Virus record (IMG/VR): IMGVR_UViG_2585427787_000008
Reading direction: 5' to 3' (one strand)
From: a virus
Taxonomy: Duplodnaviria; Heunggongvirae; Uroviricota; Caudoviricetes
Length of the DNA stretch: 19,832 nt
A model generated the notes under the pieces. It was given only the letters and a program-made list of their open reading frames with translations, did no database searches and was not told the DNA's origin. The first letter of the stretch is position 1, and each line of letters starts with the position of its first letter. This document shows, piece after piece, positions 18,554 to 19,832 of the stretch. The translations under genes and the position numbers were made by a program.

Positions 18554-18736
18554 ATATTATTTTTAATGATAAATGATTGACAACTGACAAGTGACTTCAG
18601 TCAGAATCATCACACGCCCGGTACGGATGGATCCCTTTTCAAATATTCCATGGACGGCACAGTCTGAGTACCGGGCGCTACCTTCAGTTGTATTGCTAAG
18701 CCGCCGCTGGTGGCTTTTCTTTTTTGTAGGGGCGCT

Positions 18737-19333
18737 ATGGATAAGAAAATATGCGTTGTTTCGATGAGCGTCGGCAAACCGGCGTCAATGACTGCTGCAT
18801 GGATCAATAACGAGCTGATAATGGCTGAGCGGACCAGCTACCCTGAACGCCGCCGCGACATGGAACTCCAGCTGCTGCGCGAATTGCGAGAAAAAGAGGA
18901 AAAGGGTTTTATCGTGCTGGTGGAAGAGGAAAACAGCTTTATTACTGGTCGAGTTGGCCAGCGTGTAAGGTTGCGCGATCCCTTCATGAACGGCAGGCCG
19001 GTACTAATTGAGGCAATGCAGATTTATAAGGAGCTGGAACGCCAGAAAGCAATCAAGTTACCGCGCAAGGAATCCGGCAAATACATCCTCCACCAAAGCA
19101 TCTTCGATTCCGAACACGATAAAAAAGGCGATGAATTTTTCAACATCAATTGGAGCGAAATAACGACAGAGCATGTTCTGACGTTACTCTGTTGCTTTGC
19201 GACGGAATACAACAACGTTGCCAGCGCCGACTACATCAGGGCAATGGCTTGTGAAGTGGATAGTCGTGATGACTCATCGCTGATAGCGTCATATATAAAC
19301 ATCATCGGTGATGCTGCCAACTTACTGATTTAG
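18737..19333 (+). CDS. ORF downstream of ref, interrupted by IS1: 190 native codons (ATG 18737, AGGGG SD) then 8 codons and a stop supplied by the IS1 left end (GDAANLLI*); possibly the P1 mat homolog, truncated
   Basis: The frame runs continuously from 18737 into the IS1 left inverted repeat, which begins at 19307; the stop at 19331..19333 lies inside IS1. The ORF track's earlier start at 18710 lacks an SD. Confidence 0.5.
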   Translation: MDKKICVVSMSVGKPASMTAAWINNELIMAERTSYPERRRDMELQLLRELREKEEKGFIVLVEEENSFITGRVGQRVRLRDPFMNGRPVLIEAMQIYKELERQKAIKLPRKESGKYILHQSIFDSEHDKKGDEFFNINWSEITTEHVLTLLCCFATEYNNVASADYIRAMACEVDSRDDSSLIASYINIIGDAANLLI

Positions 19334-19361
19334 TGTATGATGGTGTTTTTGAGGTGCTCCA

Positions 19362-19637
19362 GTGGCTTCTGTTTCTATCAGCTGTCCCTCCTGTTCAGCT
19401 ACTGACGGGGTGGTGCGTAACGGCAAAAGCACCGCCGGACATCAGCGCTATCTCTGCTCTCACTGCCGTAAAACATGGCAACTGCAGTTCACTTACACCG
19501 CTTCTCAACCCGGTACGCACCAGAAAATCATTGATATGGCCATGAATGGCGTTGGATGCCGGGCAACTGCCCGCATTATGGGCGTTGGCCTCAACACGGT
19601 TTTACGTCACTTAAAAAACTCAGGCCGCAGTCGGTAA
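19362..19637 (+). CDS. insA: IS1 InsA (transposition inhibitor / DNA-binding), 91 aa
   Basis: Protein [91 protein letters not shown] is IS1 InsA. Confidence 0.9.
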   Translation: MASVSISCPSCSATDGVVRNGKSTAGHQRYLCSHCRKTWQLQFTYTASQPGTHQKIIDMAMNGVGCRATARIMGVGLNTVLRHLKNSGRSR

Positions 19638-19832
19638 CCTCGCGCATACAACCGGGCAGTGACGTGATTGTCTGCGCGGAAATGGACGAACAGTGGGGCT
19701 ACGTCGGTGCTAAATCACGTCAGCGCTGGCTGTTTTACGCGTATGACAGGATACGGAGGACAGTTGTTGCGCACGTATTCGGTGAACGCACTATGGCGAC
19801 GCTGGGGCGTCTTATGAGCCTGCTGTCACCCT
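19556..19832 (+). CDS. insB: IS1 insB' frame (3'-truncated by window edge); expressed as an InsAB' fusion by -1 frameshift at A6C (19613..19619)
   Basis: -1 frame relative to insA is open from ATG 19556 to the window end and reads ...[50 protein letters not shown]. Confidence 0.6.
   Translation, partial: MPGNCPHYGRWPQHGFTSLKKLRPQSVTSRIQPGSDVIVCAEMDEQWGYVGAKSRQRWLFYAYDRIRRTVVAHVFGERTMATLGRLMSLLSP

Larger units (their letters stand above)
19307..19832 (+). mobile_element. IS1 insertion sequence, partial (5' portion; left IR GGTGATGCTGCCAACTTACTGAT... at 19307; window ends inside the element)
   Basis: Left terminal IR, insA at the expected offset (+55), and the A6C frameshift motif at 19613..19619. 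An IS1 isoform different from the copy at 1..332. Confidence 0.9.

Overview
This window is about 19 kb of a P1-like phage-plasmid genome, bounded by two partial, non-identical IS1 copies in direct orientation (1..332 and 19307..19832). The recognisable P1-type backbone runs from phd to the right-hand IS1: phd-doc, pdcA/pdcB, lpa, pacA (with the internal pac site) and pacB, then c1 and coi on the minus strand, loxP, cre, a 103-aa ORF, ref, and a further ORF cut by IS1. At least eight strong 17-bp C1-operator-like sites (ATTGCTCTAATAA...) sit at promoter positions, plus weaker candidates. Between the left IS1 and phd lies cargo that does not look like P1: a complete type I restriction-modification operon (hsdM-hsdS-hsdR, EcoR124-like family IC, with a triple 12-bp TAEL repeat in hsdS), two uncharacterised ORFs (a 371-aa coiled-coil protein and a 168-aa HAD-like protein) and a 28-aa hydrophobic peptide ORF downstream of a C1-operator-like site. 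The best candidate for something undescribed is this operator-wired two-gene-plus-peptide cargo next to the R-M system. No rRNA, tRNA or CRISPR arrays were found. All calls come from reading the sequence and recalled family knowledge; no database search was run.
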